Under the pieces are notes generated by a model. That model made no database searches and was not told the DNA's origin. It saw nothing but the letters and a program-made list of their open reading frames with translations. The translations under genes were made by a program, and so were the position numbers. A stretch of 64,000 nucleotides of DNA from Myxococcales bacterium FL481 (GTDB lineage Bacteria > Myxococcota_A > Polyangia > Nannocystales > Nannocystaceae): positions 15,388 to 79,387 of the forward strand of contig QKPP01000152.1 in assembly GCA_006508105.1 (NCBI GenBank), in the 5' to 3' direction. Each line of letters begins with the position of its first letter. The stretch's first letter is position 1. Shown here one piece after another: positions 27,648 through 36,614 of this stretch.

Positions 27648-28955
27648 CTACGCGCTCTTGGATGCGGCGTCTTGACCGGCAGCGGGCTTCGACGCGGCGT
27701 CGTTTTCCGCGGTGGGCTGGGACGCGGCGAGTCGCTCCGCGGCGGCCAGGCGCTCTTTGGGGTCGCTGATCGTGCCTGCGATCGTACCTTCGCATCGCGG
27801 ACAGACTTCCGCTCCCGCGGGAAGCAGCGCCCCGCACTGCGGGTCGGAGCAACGACGCTCCCGAACGAGCCGGCCGGCCAGCAGTCCCACTGTTCCCAAC
27901 CCGACGCCGACCGCGGAGATCATCGCCATATCGATTTCGAGTCCCTGCGAACTACGGGCCATGACGCCGCCGAGCATCATCGTGCCGAACAACCCGACAT
28001 AACCGAATCGACGGGCCATGCTTCGCTCGACGCAAAACACCATCTGACCGCGATTTTTGCCGACGACGCCGCGATCGATGTCGCGGCGTTCCTCGAACGG
28101 CTCGTCCTCTCCTTCCTCGAGTTCCGCGAGGCCGACGAAGTCGTCAAGCGAAGGGGGCGGGGCCCAAGTCGCCGGGTCCGGGATCTGCAGTCGTTGGCGG
28201 ATCGGCGGATCTTGCCGCGTGAGCCAGTCGCGGGCGGCTCGAATAAATGCGCGTTCGTTGGGTCGCAAGTGGTCGTGCACGGACTTCGCTTCCCCCGGAC
28301 GATCGCGCAGTTGCATCACGACGCCGAGCGCGAAACAGGTCAGCTGGGGACCGAGCAGCCCCAATCGAGTGACGCGGCGTTGCGTTTGCATCCCGCCGGC
28401 ACCGCGGCCTTGGTGGCGTACCGCCGCGTCCGCCGTGAGAACGCCGAATCCGAGATAGACGGCCGTGAGGTCGACGAGGCGAGCCTCGAGCTCCGTGTCG
28501 CGTCGCACCAGCCCTCGCAGTCCGCGGAACGCCTCGGCCACGGCCCGGGCCAGCGCCCCGACCAACTCTGTGGGCTCGCGCAGCGCCGCGCTGGTCACTC
28601 CGAAACGACACACACCGGGCTCACTGGCGGCGAACCACGCCCCGGCGTGAGCTCGATCCGCGAGCGGCGGGGCGTCCTCGACGATCTCGATGGCGACGGC
28701 GTGATCGTCGATGCCGGCGTAGTGCAAGAGTCGCCGGGCGAGGCGTGCGACACTTTGTTCTCCGCCGCCCCATCGGTCGGGAAAAAAGACCTCGGTGGGC
28801 TCGATCAGCGGCGGCACCACCAGCTGGGAAAAGCCGGTCTTCGAGATGAGCCGTTCCAACTCCTCGAGCGCCCACTGGCGCTGAGCTGCGGGTGGCAACA
28901 AACTCGGTTCTTCGGCTTCGTCCACGAGGGCTAGGTACCACGCGCCCGCGCCCAT
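27648..28955 (-). CDS. Hypothetical membrane protein: soluble N-domain, 2 TM spans, C-terminal zinc ribbon
   Basis: 435 aa. TM spans FGYVGLFGTMMLGGVMA and MAMISAVGVGLGTVGLLAGRLV, followed by CSDPQCGALLPAGAEVCPRCEG (CxxxxC...CxxC). Low-complexity Ala/Ser tail. Confidence 0.7.
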   Translation of the reverse strand: MGAGAWYLALVDEAEEPSLLPPAAQRQWALEELERLISKTGFSQLVVPPLIEPTEVFFPDRWGGGEQSVARLARRLLHYAGIDDHAVAIEIVEDAPPLADRAHAGAWFAASEPGVCRFGVTSAALREPTELVGALARAVAEAFRGLRGLVRRDTELEARLVDLTAVYLGFGVLTADAAVRHQGRGAGGMQTQRRVTRLGLLGPQLTCFALGVVMQLRDRPGEAKSVHDHLRPNERAFIRAARDWLTRQDPPIRQRLQIPDPATWAPPPSLDDFVGLAELEEGEDEPFEERRDIDRGVVGKNRGQMVFCVERSMARRFGYVGLFGTMMLGGVMARSSQGLEIDMAMISAVGVGLGTVGLLAGRLVRERRCSDPQCGALLPAGAEVCPRCEGTIAGTISDPKERLAAAERLAASQPTAENDAASKPAAGQDAASKSA

Positions 28956-29087
28956 CCGACGAGCGATTGGTCACGCCGCGCCGGTCCGATCCGCGCTGGT
29001 CGAGAGGGCGTTGACCCGAGACCGGCTGGCTCGAGAGGGTCGACCGGAGCCCGACGGGCCACCGCGCGGTCCTGGGGCGACCCCGGG

Positions 29088-31262
29088 TCAGCCGGGCGCG
29101 GCTTGGGCCTCCGTGACGAGTTCGCCGGCTCGAGCCGAAGACAAAACGGGGGCTGCCAGCGGAAGGAGCAGCTCGGCGCAAGCCTCGAGACAATCCGCGA
29201 TGATCGCGATCGACACGAACTCCTGGGCTCGTGCCGGGTCGGTCGTGAGCAAGGCGCCGCGCACGAGCCTTCGGTTCGCGCCGTCTCCGGCGGTCTGCAG
29301 CGGGGCTTGAGCGTACATTCGGTCGGCCCAGTCGAGGGCCCCGCGAAAGCCCGCGCGTTCGAGGTGGCGGATCGGAACAATCAACCACAAGCCCACGCGG
29401 CCGGGGTGGAGCGCCTGGCTCAGGCCGTGGGCCACGTGACCCATGTTCGGCCGGGCGTTGATCTCGACAATGGGTTTGAGCCGCAAGCGGTCGCGGTCGC
29501 GAAACACGAGCGCATCCACGCCCACCAGGCCTTCGTAGCCGCGCGGGCCGAGGGTCCCGGCGACGTGTTGGGCCACCGAGGACAGCTCCTTGAACAACCG
29601 CTTGGGCTGCCGACCGTCGTCGTTCGCGAAACGGCGCGCCGTTTGGTCGAAGTTCGCGGTGGCCGACCCCAAGATCGCGCCTTTGTACTGACCGCGTTCG
29701 TCGGTGAAGAACTGACCGATGCCCTGAACCGAGGCGCGACCCGAGCGAGACACCCGCATCCGCAGCGACAGATCGTAGACGCGGTCCAACCACGGCTCGA
29801 CGATGACCCGGCGGCCGCCATGCAGCTGGTTGCGCAGCCACGATTCGTCCGCAGCCATGAGCTCGCCGCGGATGCGTCGCAGGTTGCGACCGCTGACGCC
29901 GAATTCGCCCTTGATGACGTTGTGGAGAGAGCCGCGGCGAAGGCATGCGGCGACGTGAGACCGCACCTCGTCGACATCGTTGGCGACGCGACCGACATGC
30001 TCTTGGTCGCACAGCCAGCCTTGGGGATTGTCGGCCAGGTACCGGCGCAAGATGTCGCAACTGGTCACCTTCGAGTACAACGCCGCGCGGTCGGGTGACC
30101 ACGCGTCGCGGGACCCGGGCTCGTCGCGGTCGGTGAGGCGAGCCAGCCACGGCTGGAGCCACCGCAGAGTTTGTGGCGCAAAACCCCAGGCGCAGACGTT
30201 GGCCACGCGGGGCGGTGTGGACGGGGGCGGGCCGCCTCGCCAGACCACGAACTCGGGGAGGACATACCCGGCTTGTTGGAGGTGCTCAAGCCAGGGCACT
30301 CGTGGGGGCTCGTCGACGATCACGATGTCGTCGGCGGCTGCGAGAAACATTGGAAGGGTCTGGAGGTCGTGGCGCAAGCGATCGAACCGCGCGGGCGGGT
30401 TGTAGTCGGGGCCGCGGCCGACACACAGTTCGCTGGTCGGGGTGAAGGCGTGAACCTCGGGCGGGCGACCCCTCGAACCGCCGCTTGTCGCCATCTTGGC
30501 GATGAAGTCGGGGCTCATGCCGGCTCGTCGTCGGGCGTCGGCGCAAAACTCCCGCCCGCGGGCACGGGCCGGACTGAGGGGCAGGGTGAGTCGGGCCGCA
30601 AAGGCCTCGAATTCGTCCTCGCCGGGGGACAAAGCGCGTCGGAACCATCGCAGGCCGCGACGTACGTGGATGATCTCCTCGCGATAGACCAGCTCGAGGA
30701 CATCGGCAGTCTCGCGATCGCCGACCTCGGCGAAGGCTTGCGCGTAGAAGTGAGCATAGTCGAGGTTGGCCTGCTCGAAGCACAGCCCCATCCGCACCAC
30801 GAAGTCGAGCCACGTGGGAGCGTCGCGCGTCGCTCGCCAAAAGAAGTCGTTGACCGCGACGGTGCCCAGTTCGATGCCACACGCGGCCATGCGCTGGGTG
30901 TACAGCGAGAAGTGCTTTTGCTCCTCGCTCATCGTGACCGTGAGCTCGCGGCGAAACGGCGCGGGCGCGTCCGGGAAGCGCAGCAGGGCGAGAGCCATCG
31001 CCTCCAACGCCAACAGCTCGTGGTTGGCAAAAAAATGCAGCGCGATGCCACGGCCCTCGTCTCGCTCCAGGTCGCGCCGCGTCGGGAATCGCTCTCGTTG
31101 GTGCGTGCCGGGTCGCAGCGTAAGTGACGCCGGTCGCGCCGGCAGGTCGGGCGGGGCGATGGGCGCGCCAGGGCAACGGTCGGACGGACGAGTCGTCGGC
31201 GTCAGCTTGTCCGCCAGCGAATCTCCGAAGAGCACGCGCTCGGCAAACTCCCGGATTTCCAT
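29088..31262 (-). CDS. Fusion protein: N-terminal DUF455 (ferritin-like di-iron) domain + C-terminal ATP-grasp ligase-like domain
   Basis: ATG 31262 gives MEIREFAERVLF. N-half: FFANHELLALEAMALALLRF, MSEEQKHFSLY, LCFEQANLDYAHF, YREEIIHVRRGLRWF (E, ExxH, E, ExxH ligand pattern of DUF455). C-half: NVIKGEFGVSGRNLRRI, RVIVEPWLDRVYDLSLRM, GYEGLVGVDALVF...LKPIVEINARPNMGH (ATP-grasp-like). The upstream 170 codons of track ORF 29088..31772 are judged non-coding. Confidence 0.8.
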   Translation of the reverse strand: MEIREFAERVLFGDSLADKLTPTTRPSDRCPGAPIAPPDLPARPASLTLRPGTHQRERFPTRRDLERDEGRGIALHFFANHELLALEAMALALLRFPDAPAPFRRELTVTMSEEQKHFSLYTQRMAACGIELGTVAVNDFFWRATRDAPTWLDFVVRMGLCFEQANLDYAHFYAQAFAEVGDRETADVLELVYREEIIHVRRGLRWFRRALSPGEDEFEAFAARLTLPLSPARARGREFCADARRRAGMSPDFIAKMATSGGSRGRPPEVHAFTPTSELCVGRGPDYNPPARFDRLRHDLQTLPMFLAAADDIVIVDEPPRVPWLEHLQQAGYVLPEFVVWRGGPPPSTPPRVANVCAWGFAPQTLRWLQPWLARLTDRDEPGSRDAWSPDRAALYSKVTSCDILRRYLADNPQGWLCDQEHVGRVANDVDEVRSHVAACLRRGSLHNVIKGEFGVSGRNLRRIRGELMAADESWLRNQLHGGRRVIVEPWLDRVYDLSLRMRVSRSGRASVQGIGQFFTDERGQYKGAILGSATANFDQTARRFANDDGRQPKRLFKELSSVAQHVAGTLGPRGYEGLVGVDALVFRDRDRLRLKPIVEINARPNMGHVAHGLSQALHPGRVGLWLIVPIRHLERAGFRGALDWADRMYAQAPLQTAGDGANRRLVRGALLTTDPARAQEFVSIAIIADCLEACAELLLPLAAPVLSSARAGELVTEAQAAPG

Positions 31263-31460
31263 GGACGCGACATAGCACAGAGACCAGCGGGTTATGCGCG
31301 ATGCCCCGGCCGCGCCTGGCCACCACAGTTTCGGTTTCGACTCGCGTTTCGATCCCCCGCGCGCGCGCCGGCGGGGGCGCGGGGCGGCTAGATTACTGGG
31401 CGCGTCGCCTCGGGGGAAAATCCGGCTGCGTCGGCCGGTTGTTGTTCTCGTTCGGCGCGG

Positions 31461-32675
31461 TTGTTCCCGCCCATGCTCGCAGTGTCCGTCGCGTTCACCC
31501 TTCAGTCCGCTCCCTCCGTCGGCATCGACGTCGATCGGCTCGCGCTTGGCGAGCTCGACGATGCCGACGTCGATCAGCTCTACGCGGGCATCGTGGTGCG
31601 TCTTCTCGAAGGCGGTCACAGCATTCGCGCCGTTGACCAAGCCGGCGTGCGTCTGATCTTGGACGCGGACGACGGGGGCTACGAGGTCGAGGCCAAAACG
31701 GTCGGTGCCGAGGGGTCTCGATGGCGCACCCGCCAAGCCCCGAAGGCGGTGGAGTTGTTGGAGTTGCAGCACTTGGCGCTGGCCGCCGTCGGCAGTCAGG
31801 TCGCGGAGGCGCCGTCGGAGGATGCGGAGGATGGGGTCACCGTGACGCTAGAGTTCGATGACACCGTCAGCGCCCGCGAGATCGCGCGACTGCAAGGCCG
31901 CGTGGTCAAAGTGTTGGTCCGCGGCGAGCTCGTGGTCGTGCCCAATGGACGCGCATCGGACTGGCGGCTGTGCGTAGGCGTCGACGGCGAACAGCAGCTG
32001 CGCAGTTTCGTCGTGCCCGGTCATGCGCGCTGCTCGGATCCGAGTCCGAGCCCGGCGCGAACCGGCCGAGACGGACTCGAGCTCCATGCCATCGACATGT
32101 GGACCGAGTTGGACGGCGGCGAGGACCCGGTCGCCATCGGTGCCGTCCACGACGAACCCGTCAACTTAGAGCCCGAGGATGCTCACGGTTGGCGCGTGGG
32201 CGGGGACGTTGGGGCGCTCGCTCGTCTCGGCGGATGGACATCGCAGATCGGCGTGACGGCGCGCGGGCACTGGTGGCATGGGTTCGGGGCGGCGGCGTCG
32301 GGATGGTTTGCGCCGGGGCGCGGCGAAAACCTCCGGGTGCTAGATAGCTACCTAATGGCCGGCCCCGCTTGGGCACGCCAGCTAAGTCCCCGCGCTGAAT
32401 TTGGGTGGGCGCTGCTGGCTGGCGTGGCACTGCACCGGGCTCAGTTCACGGGCGAGCGCCGTGTGGTGCGAGCCTATTTTGCGGCGGGCTTGGACCTCCG
32501 GTTCTCGTGGCGGGTGTCTACGCGTTGGGCGGTTACCGCCGCCGGCCAGCTCGGGGGGGCGGAGCAAGGGGCTGGGCATCATCTTGCGGCGACCGGCGAG
32601 CCACTGTGGCGGCGAGGGCCGGTGCGCGCCGGCATCTCCGTTGGCGCCGAGCTGCAGTGGGGCGGTCAGCCATGA
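31461..32675 (+). CDS. Hypothetical secreted protein, beta-rich C-terminal half
   Basis: Open frame with ordinary acidic composition. The C-terminal ~170 aa have alternating aromatic/Gly strands (GWTSQIGVTARGHWWHGFGAAASGWFAPGRG...AGLDLRFSWRVS...AGISVGAELQW), suggesting a small beta-barrel. Start is TTG 31461 or ATG 31473. Confidence 0.6.
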   Translation: MFPPMLAVSVAFTLQSAPSVGIDVDRLALGELDDADVDQLYAGIVVRLLEGGHSIRAVDQAGVRLILDADDGGYEVEAKTVGAEGSRWRTRQAPKAVELLELQHLALAAVGSQVAEAPSEDAEDGVTVTLEFDDTVSAREIARLQGRVVKVLVRGELVVVPNGRASDWRLCVGVDGEQQLRSFVVPGHARCSDPSPSPARTGRDGLELHAIDMWTELDGGEDPVAIGAVHDEPVNLEPEDAHGWRVGGDVGALARLGGWTSQIGVTARGHWWHGFGAAASGWFAPGRGENLRVLDSYLMAGPAWARQLSPRAEFGWALLAGVALHRAQFTGERRVVRAYFAAGLDLRFSWRVSTRWAVTAAGQLGGAEQGAGHHLAATGEPLWRRGPVRAGISVGAELQWGGQP

Positions 32676-32712
32676 CCGCGATGGCCAGTCGCCGCACGAG
32701 GAAGGTCACGGC

Positions 32713-33333
32713 ATGAGTCCTGGCACGCGAACGCTGCAGGTGGTCGACGGCGGGCAGCCGTCCGCCAAGCGTGTAGCGGGCAAGCTAGCGGCGCCGCGCT
32801 ACGTGCCGTGTGCGTCCGACCGCCCGGTCGGCGAGTTGGTCGATGCGATGTACCGCCACTTTCACCCCATGGTGTTTCATCTGGCCTTGCGCTACGGCCA
32901 GGGTAATCGGGCGTGGGCCGAAGACGCGACGCAAGAGGTGTTCATTCGTCTGTTCAAGCACGCGCGGCGCGTCAACGAGATGGAGAATGTGGCGGGCTGG
33001 TTTTATCGCGTGACCACGAACTTGTGTCTCAATCGGCTGCGCCGCGACAAATTCTTGGGCTCGTTGCCCATGCGGGCTTTTCTGGAACAAAGCCAGCCCA
33101 AGCCGCCCTCGCCCGAAGCACTGGGGCTGGTGCGCGACGACTTGCGCCGCGTGTTCGAGATCGTGAACCACATGCCCCCGAAAGCGCGGGCGTGCTTCTA
33201 TATGTATTACTGCGACGGCAAACGACAGGCCGAAATCGGTGAGATCATCGGCCACTCCGTGGGGTACGTCTGCAAACTGATCCAGCGGGTCGAGGCCAAG
33301 ATCCGGGCCGCGGAGGAGCAAGTCGATGAGTAG
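32713..33333 (+). CDS. ECF (group IV) RNA polymerase sigma factor
   Basis: aggaagg before ATG 32713. Region 2 AEDATQEVFIRLFKH...GWFYRVTTNLCLNRLRR. Region 4 MYYCDGKRQAEIGEIIGHSVGYVCKLIQRVEAKIR. Confidence 0.9.
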   Translation: MSPGTRTLQVVDGGQPSAKRVAGKLAAPRYVPCASDRPVGELVDAMYRHFHPMVFHLALRYGQGNRAWAEDATQEVFIRLFKHARRVNEMENVAGWFYRVTTNLCLNRLRRDKFLGSLPMRAFLEQSQPKPPSPEALGLVRDDLRRVFEIVNHMPPKARACFYMYYCDGKRQAEIGEIIGHSVGYVCKLIQRVEAKIRAAEEQVDE

Positions 33334-34483
33334 CTCACATCCCGAGACCTCACACGGGTCATCTTCTGTCGCTTCTGAGGCCGAGCCGTGGCCTCAGTTG
33401 ATGGAGCAGGCCCGAGCGCTCGACGATCAACTCGCGCGGGTGGATCTGTCGCCGTCGGCTTGCGCCCGGATCCAAAGTCGTCTTGATCGACAAGCAGCGC
33501 GTTACGGGGAAGGGGGCCTGTCCGTCGGGGCGTGGGCCGGGTTGGCGTTCGGGGGAGGAGCGGCGGCGGCGGTCACGTTGCTGTGGCTGATCGACGAGTC
33601 TCCCCGTGAGCCGGTCGTCGAGTCGGTGGCGCGGGCCCACGTGGACGGGTTTGGCTTGCTCTCGCGCGACTGCGCGGTCGAACGCAACGGCGACGCGGTT
33701 GAACTCGGACGCGACTGTCACGTGCGACTCGACGATCTCGGCGTCGAGATGCGGGTGCTCGCGGCGTCAAGCGTGGTCCCGCAGCCACGGGGGGTCCGGG
33801 TGGAGCACGGGTGGATCGTGTTCGACGTGGAACCGGTGATCCCCGGAGAGTCGCCGATTCATGTGTCGGTCCCCAGTGGCCGAGTCGACGTACTCGGTAC
33901 CCAGTTCGTCGTGGCGGTTCGGGATGGGGGCGGTCAGGTGGAGCTGGTGGAGGGCAAAATCGCGTTCACGAACCTCGCGGGCCAGACCTCGCGCATCGAG
34001 CCGGGTCAGCGGGTGGCGTGGAGCGCGTCGGGGGCGGTGAGCGGCTCAGGGGTGGGCGGTTCAGGATGGACCACTACGATCGATGCGGCGCCACCAGTGG
34101 CGGCGTCGCCGATCGACCAAGCGGGACTCGACGGGCCCGTGACGGCGGTCGAAAGTGACGCGGCGAGCCAGTCGGGAACGAAGCGACGCTCAGTTCGTAA
34201 GCTGGACGACAAGCGGGTGCTGGCCGAGGCGCTCGAGGATGTGCAGCGATTGCGCGCGGTCCGGCGGTACCGGGCTGCGCTACGCAGGCTGGAGCAGATT
34301 CGTCGCCAAGTCCGCGATCCAGAGGTACGCGAGGTGTTAGAGTACGAAGCTGGGACTTTGCTTGAGTCTTCGGGGCAACGGCAACATGCCTGCACTCACT
34401 GGCGACAGCACCTGCGGAAACATCCCGACGGACGCTACCGGGAGAACGTCGAGCGCCGACTTCAAGCGCTCGGCTGTGGCTAG
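33326..34483 (+). CDS. Anti-sigma factor, single TM, periplasmic FecR-like domain + helical C-terminus
   Basis: Overlaps the sigma gene by 8 nt. TM span AWAGLAFGGGAAAAVTLLWLI. FecR-like core IHVSVPSGRVDVLGTQFVVAVRDGGGQVELVEGKIAF. Confidence 0.8.
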   Translation: MSSSHPETSHGSSSVASEAEPWPQLMEQARALDDQLARVDLSPSACARIQSRLDRQAARYGEGGLSVGAWAGLAFGGGAAAAVTLLWLIDESPREPVVESVARAHVDGFGLLSRDCAVERNGDAVELGRDCHVRLDDLGVEMRVLAASSVVPQPRGVRVEHGWIVFDVEPVIPGESPIHVSVPSGRVDVLGTQFVVAVRDGGGQVELVEGKIAFTNLAGQTSRIEPGQRVAWSASGAVSGSGVGGSGWTTTIDAAPPVAASPIDQAGLDGPVTAVESDAASQSGTKRRSVRKLDDKRVLAEALEDVQRLRAVRRYRAALRRLEQIRRQVRDPEVREVLEYEAGTLLESSGQRQHACTHWRQHLRKHPDGRYRENVERRLQALGCG

Positions 34484-35252
34484 CTGTGGTCGCGTGGCGC
34501 AAGTCGTACTCCTGGCGGCTGGGTCCAGTGCGTGCGGGGTCGAGACCTTCACGCATGGCCCATCCGAGGACGTTGCGATCGGTTCGGATCTGAATTCCCC
34601 GGACGCATGTCCCGTCGATCGCTCGACCGCTTGCTTCGACGAAGACGCGGAGGGCTGCGACGGCTACCCGAGCGGCGGGCCGTTTGGCTGGGGAGACACC
34701 GTGGGCCGCCGCCTGCGAAACATCGAACTGTTCGACGGCAACGGCGACCCCCACGAGCTCGCCGAGTTGCTCGCGGAGCACGACGACGGTCAGGTGTGCG
34801 GCCGATACAGCGGTGCGCTGATGATCGATCTTGGGGCCCGGTGGTGCACGGGTTGTGCGAGAGAGTCGACGGTCATTGCGGACTCATACGAGCGCTGGCG
34901 CGAGCGCGGGGCGAATGTCGTCAATGTTCTCGTCGGTGGTAATGACGGCTGGGAAGGGGCGCCGCAGGAGTTGTGTCAGTTGTGGCCCAACATCGGTGCG
35001 GTGGGCGCCGATGACGAGGTCGTGGAGGTGCCGTTCCCCGTGTGGTGCGCGGACGAACGGACGGCGGCGAAGCTTCGGCGCTTGCACGAGCCAGGCGACG
35101 CGGGTGAGGGCAGCTTGCCGTTGCGTGTCTTTCTCGACGCGAATGCCAACATTCGCGACGTGCTCGCGGGCGAAGTGAGCGATCCGGTCAAGGTCATCGA
35201 GCGGCGCTTTGACGAGATCCTCGAAGCACCGTTTGGTTCCTACGACGAGTAG
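34476..35252 (+). CDS. Thioredoxin-fold (TlpA/redoxin-like) lipoprotein with CxxC
   Basis: GTG 34476 overlaps the anti-sigma stop. VASCGRVAQVVLLAAGSSAC (lipobox). ALMIDLGARWCTGCARES is a WCxxC redox motif. Start uncertain (track ORF starts at 34362). Confidence 0.75.
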   Translation: MASCGRVAQVVLLAAGSSACGVETFTHGPSEDVAIGSDLNSPDACPVDRSTACFDEDAEGCDGYPSGGPFGWGDTVGRRLRNIELFDGNGDPHELAELLAEHDDGQVCGRYSGALMIDLGARWCTGCARESTVIADSYERWRERGANVVNVLVGGNDGWEGAPQELCQLWPNIGAVGADDEVVEVPFPVWCADERTAAKLRRLHEPGDAGEGSLPLRVFLDANANIRDVLAGEVSDPVKVIERRFDEILEAPFGSYDE

Positions 35253-35418
35253 ACACGGCCCCGCGTCGTGGCTGCCTCCCCGCCGGCCGGGGGATCGACG
35301 CGACGGATCTAGACTGCACGCGATCAGGCGACTCGCGTCGTCCGTTCGCAGGCGGGCCTTTGCCATTCGCGTACGCGCGACGGGTCCGTCGCGGCCGTCG
35401 GTTGCACTGCACCGGGTT

Positions 35419-35823
35419 CTAGTTGCCGATAATCACGCGCCGCGCTCCGCGGGCCTTGAGCCAGCTGGCAACTCGGTCGGTATGCACCCCGGCCAATACG
35501 ATGTCGTGGCCCGCCACGTGCCCGCCGCAACCGAAGGTCTGGCGCAGCTCGCGGGCCAGCGCATCCAGGCTCGGGCCGTCGGTGTCGACGCCACGCACCA
35601 CGGTGACGGTCTTTCCTCCGCGGCCTTGTTTCTCCCGTTGGATCACGATGCGCTTGCGAAACCGCGAATCGCCGCCTTCGTCGCGCCCGGGCGGCGCGGG
35701 ATCGGGGGTGGGGATCTCCTCGGCGACGGGCAGGTCGGCGGCGAGATCTTCCAGGCCAGCGAACGGTTGACTCAACGGGGCGGGACTGGGCTCGGGCGGA
35801 GGATCTCGACGTCGTTTACCCAT
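35419..35823 (-). CDS. yciH: Translation initiation factor SUI1/eIF1-family protein (YciH-like)
   Basis: VIQREKQGRGGKTVTVVRGVD...LDALARELRQTFGCGGHVAGHDIVLAGVHTDRVASWLKARG is the canonical SUI1 domain, preceded by a Pro-rich N-terminus. Confidence 0.9.
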   Translation of the reverse strand: MGKRRRDPPPEPSPAPLSQPFAGLEDLAADLPVAEEIPTPDPAPPGRDEGGDSRFRKRIVIQREKQGRGGKTVTVVRGVDTDGPSLDALARELRQTFGCGGHVAGHDIVLAGVHTDRVASWLKARGARRVIIGN

Positions 35824-35982
35824 GGCGGGACGGGTTCTAGCGGGAATGTCAGCGGCGAGACAGCGAAACTGCGCTGGGCGCGGGTCGTACCGGCACCCCG
35901 CGCGACCGGGCCCGCGGCGGCGAATCTACGACGCTCCAGAGCCACACCCCGGCCGCCTGCGCTTCGTCACCGGAATCGTGGC

Positions 35983-36489
35983 CTATCGCCCGTCGAGCTC
36001 GTTGAGTTCGATCAGGTCGCCGAGCCAGTCGCGCGACGCGGCCTGTAGCTCGGCCGGCGTGGTGTCTTTGCCAATGCCCCACCGCTTGCGGGATTGGAAG
36101 CGCTCGACTTGCCAGGGACCGCCGTGAACGACCATACAGTGGTCGAATCCGCGGGTGGGTTTGCACGTCTCGATACGCACCCGGTACTTCGTATCGTCGG
36201 CGAGCAATGTCAGCGTGCCGCGGGCAGGGCCGTTCGCCCGCCAGCGGGCTACGTCGTGGGTCCCTCGGTAGAGCGTGCCCTGGTAAAGCAATCCGTAGGG
36301 CGCATCACCTTGGCGAAACGCCAGCGCGTGAATCGGTGCTTTGGAGGACGACGGCAGGCCACTGACCCAAAGCCGGCCGGAAAAGCCCGCCGTGGGCCCC
36401 CCGTTACAGCTACAGCCGACCGCGAGGGCGCTCAAGCCGAAGAGCGTCAAGGTCAAGGGCAGGGCGGCCGGAGAGGTTCTATTGCGCAC
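35983..36489 (-). CDS. Hypothetical lipoprotein
   Basis: GTG 36489 gives VRNRTSPAALPLTLTLFGLSALAVGCS (lipobox). The remainder is ordinary. Start uncertain (track ORF runs to 36588). Confidence 0.6.
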   Translation of the reverse strand: MRNRTSPAALPLTLTLFGLSALAVGCSCNGGPTAGFSGRLWVSGLPSSSKAPIHALAFRQGDAPYGLLYQGTLYRGTHDVARWRANGPARGTLTLLADDTKYRVRIETCKPTRGFDHCMVVHGGPWQVERFQSRKRWGIGKDTTPAELQAASRDWLGDLIELNELDGR

Positions 36490-36614
36490 GCCATTAAGGG
36501 TGCTTCCCCGGCCCCTTGCACGCAACCCGCACCCGGTGCGCCCGTCGTTCCGCGTCGCAGCGCGCGCTCGGACTGTGTCCCTCGCCACAGGTTTTCGCGG
36601 TAGCGTAGCTGGCC

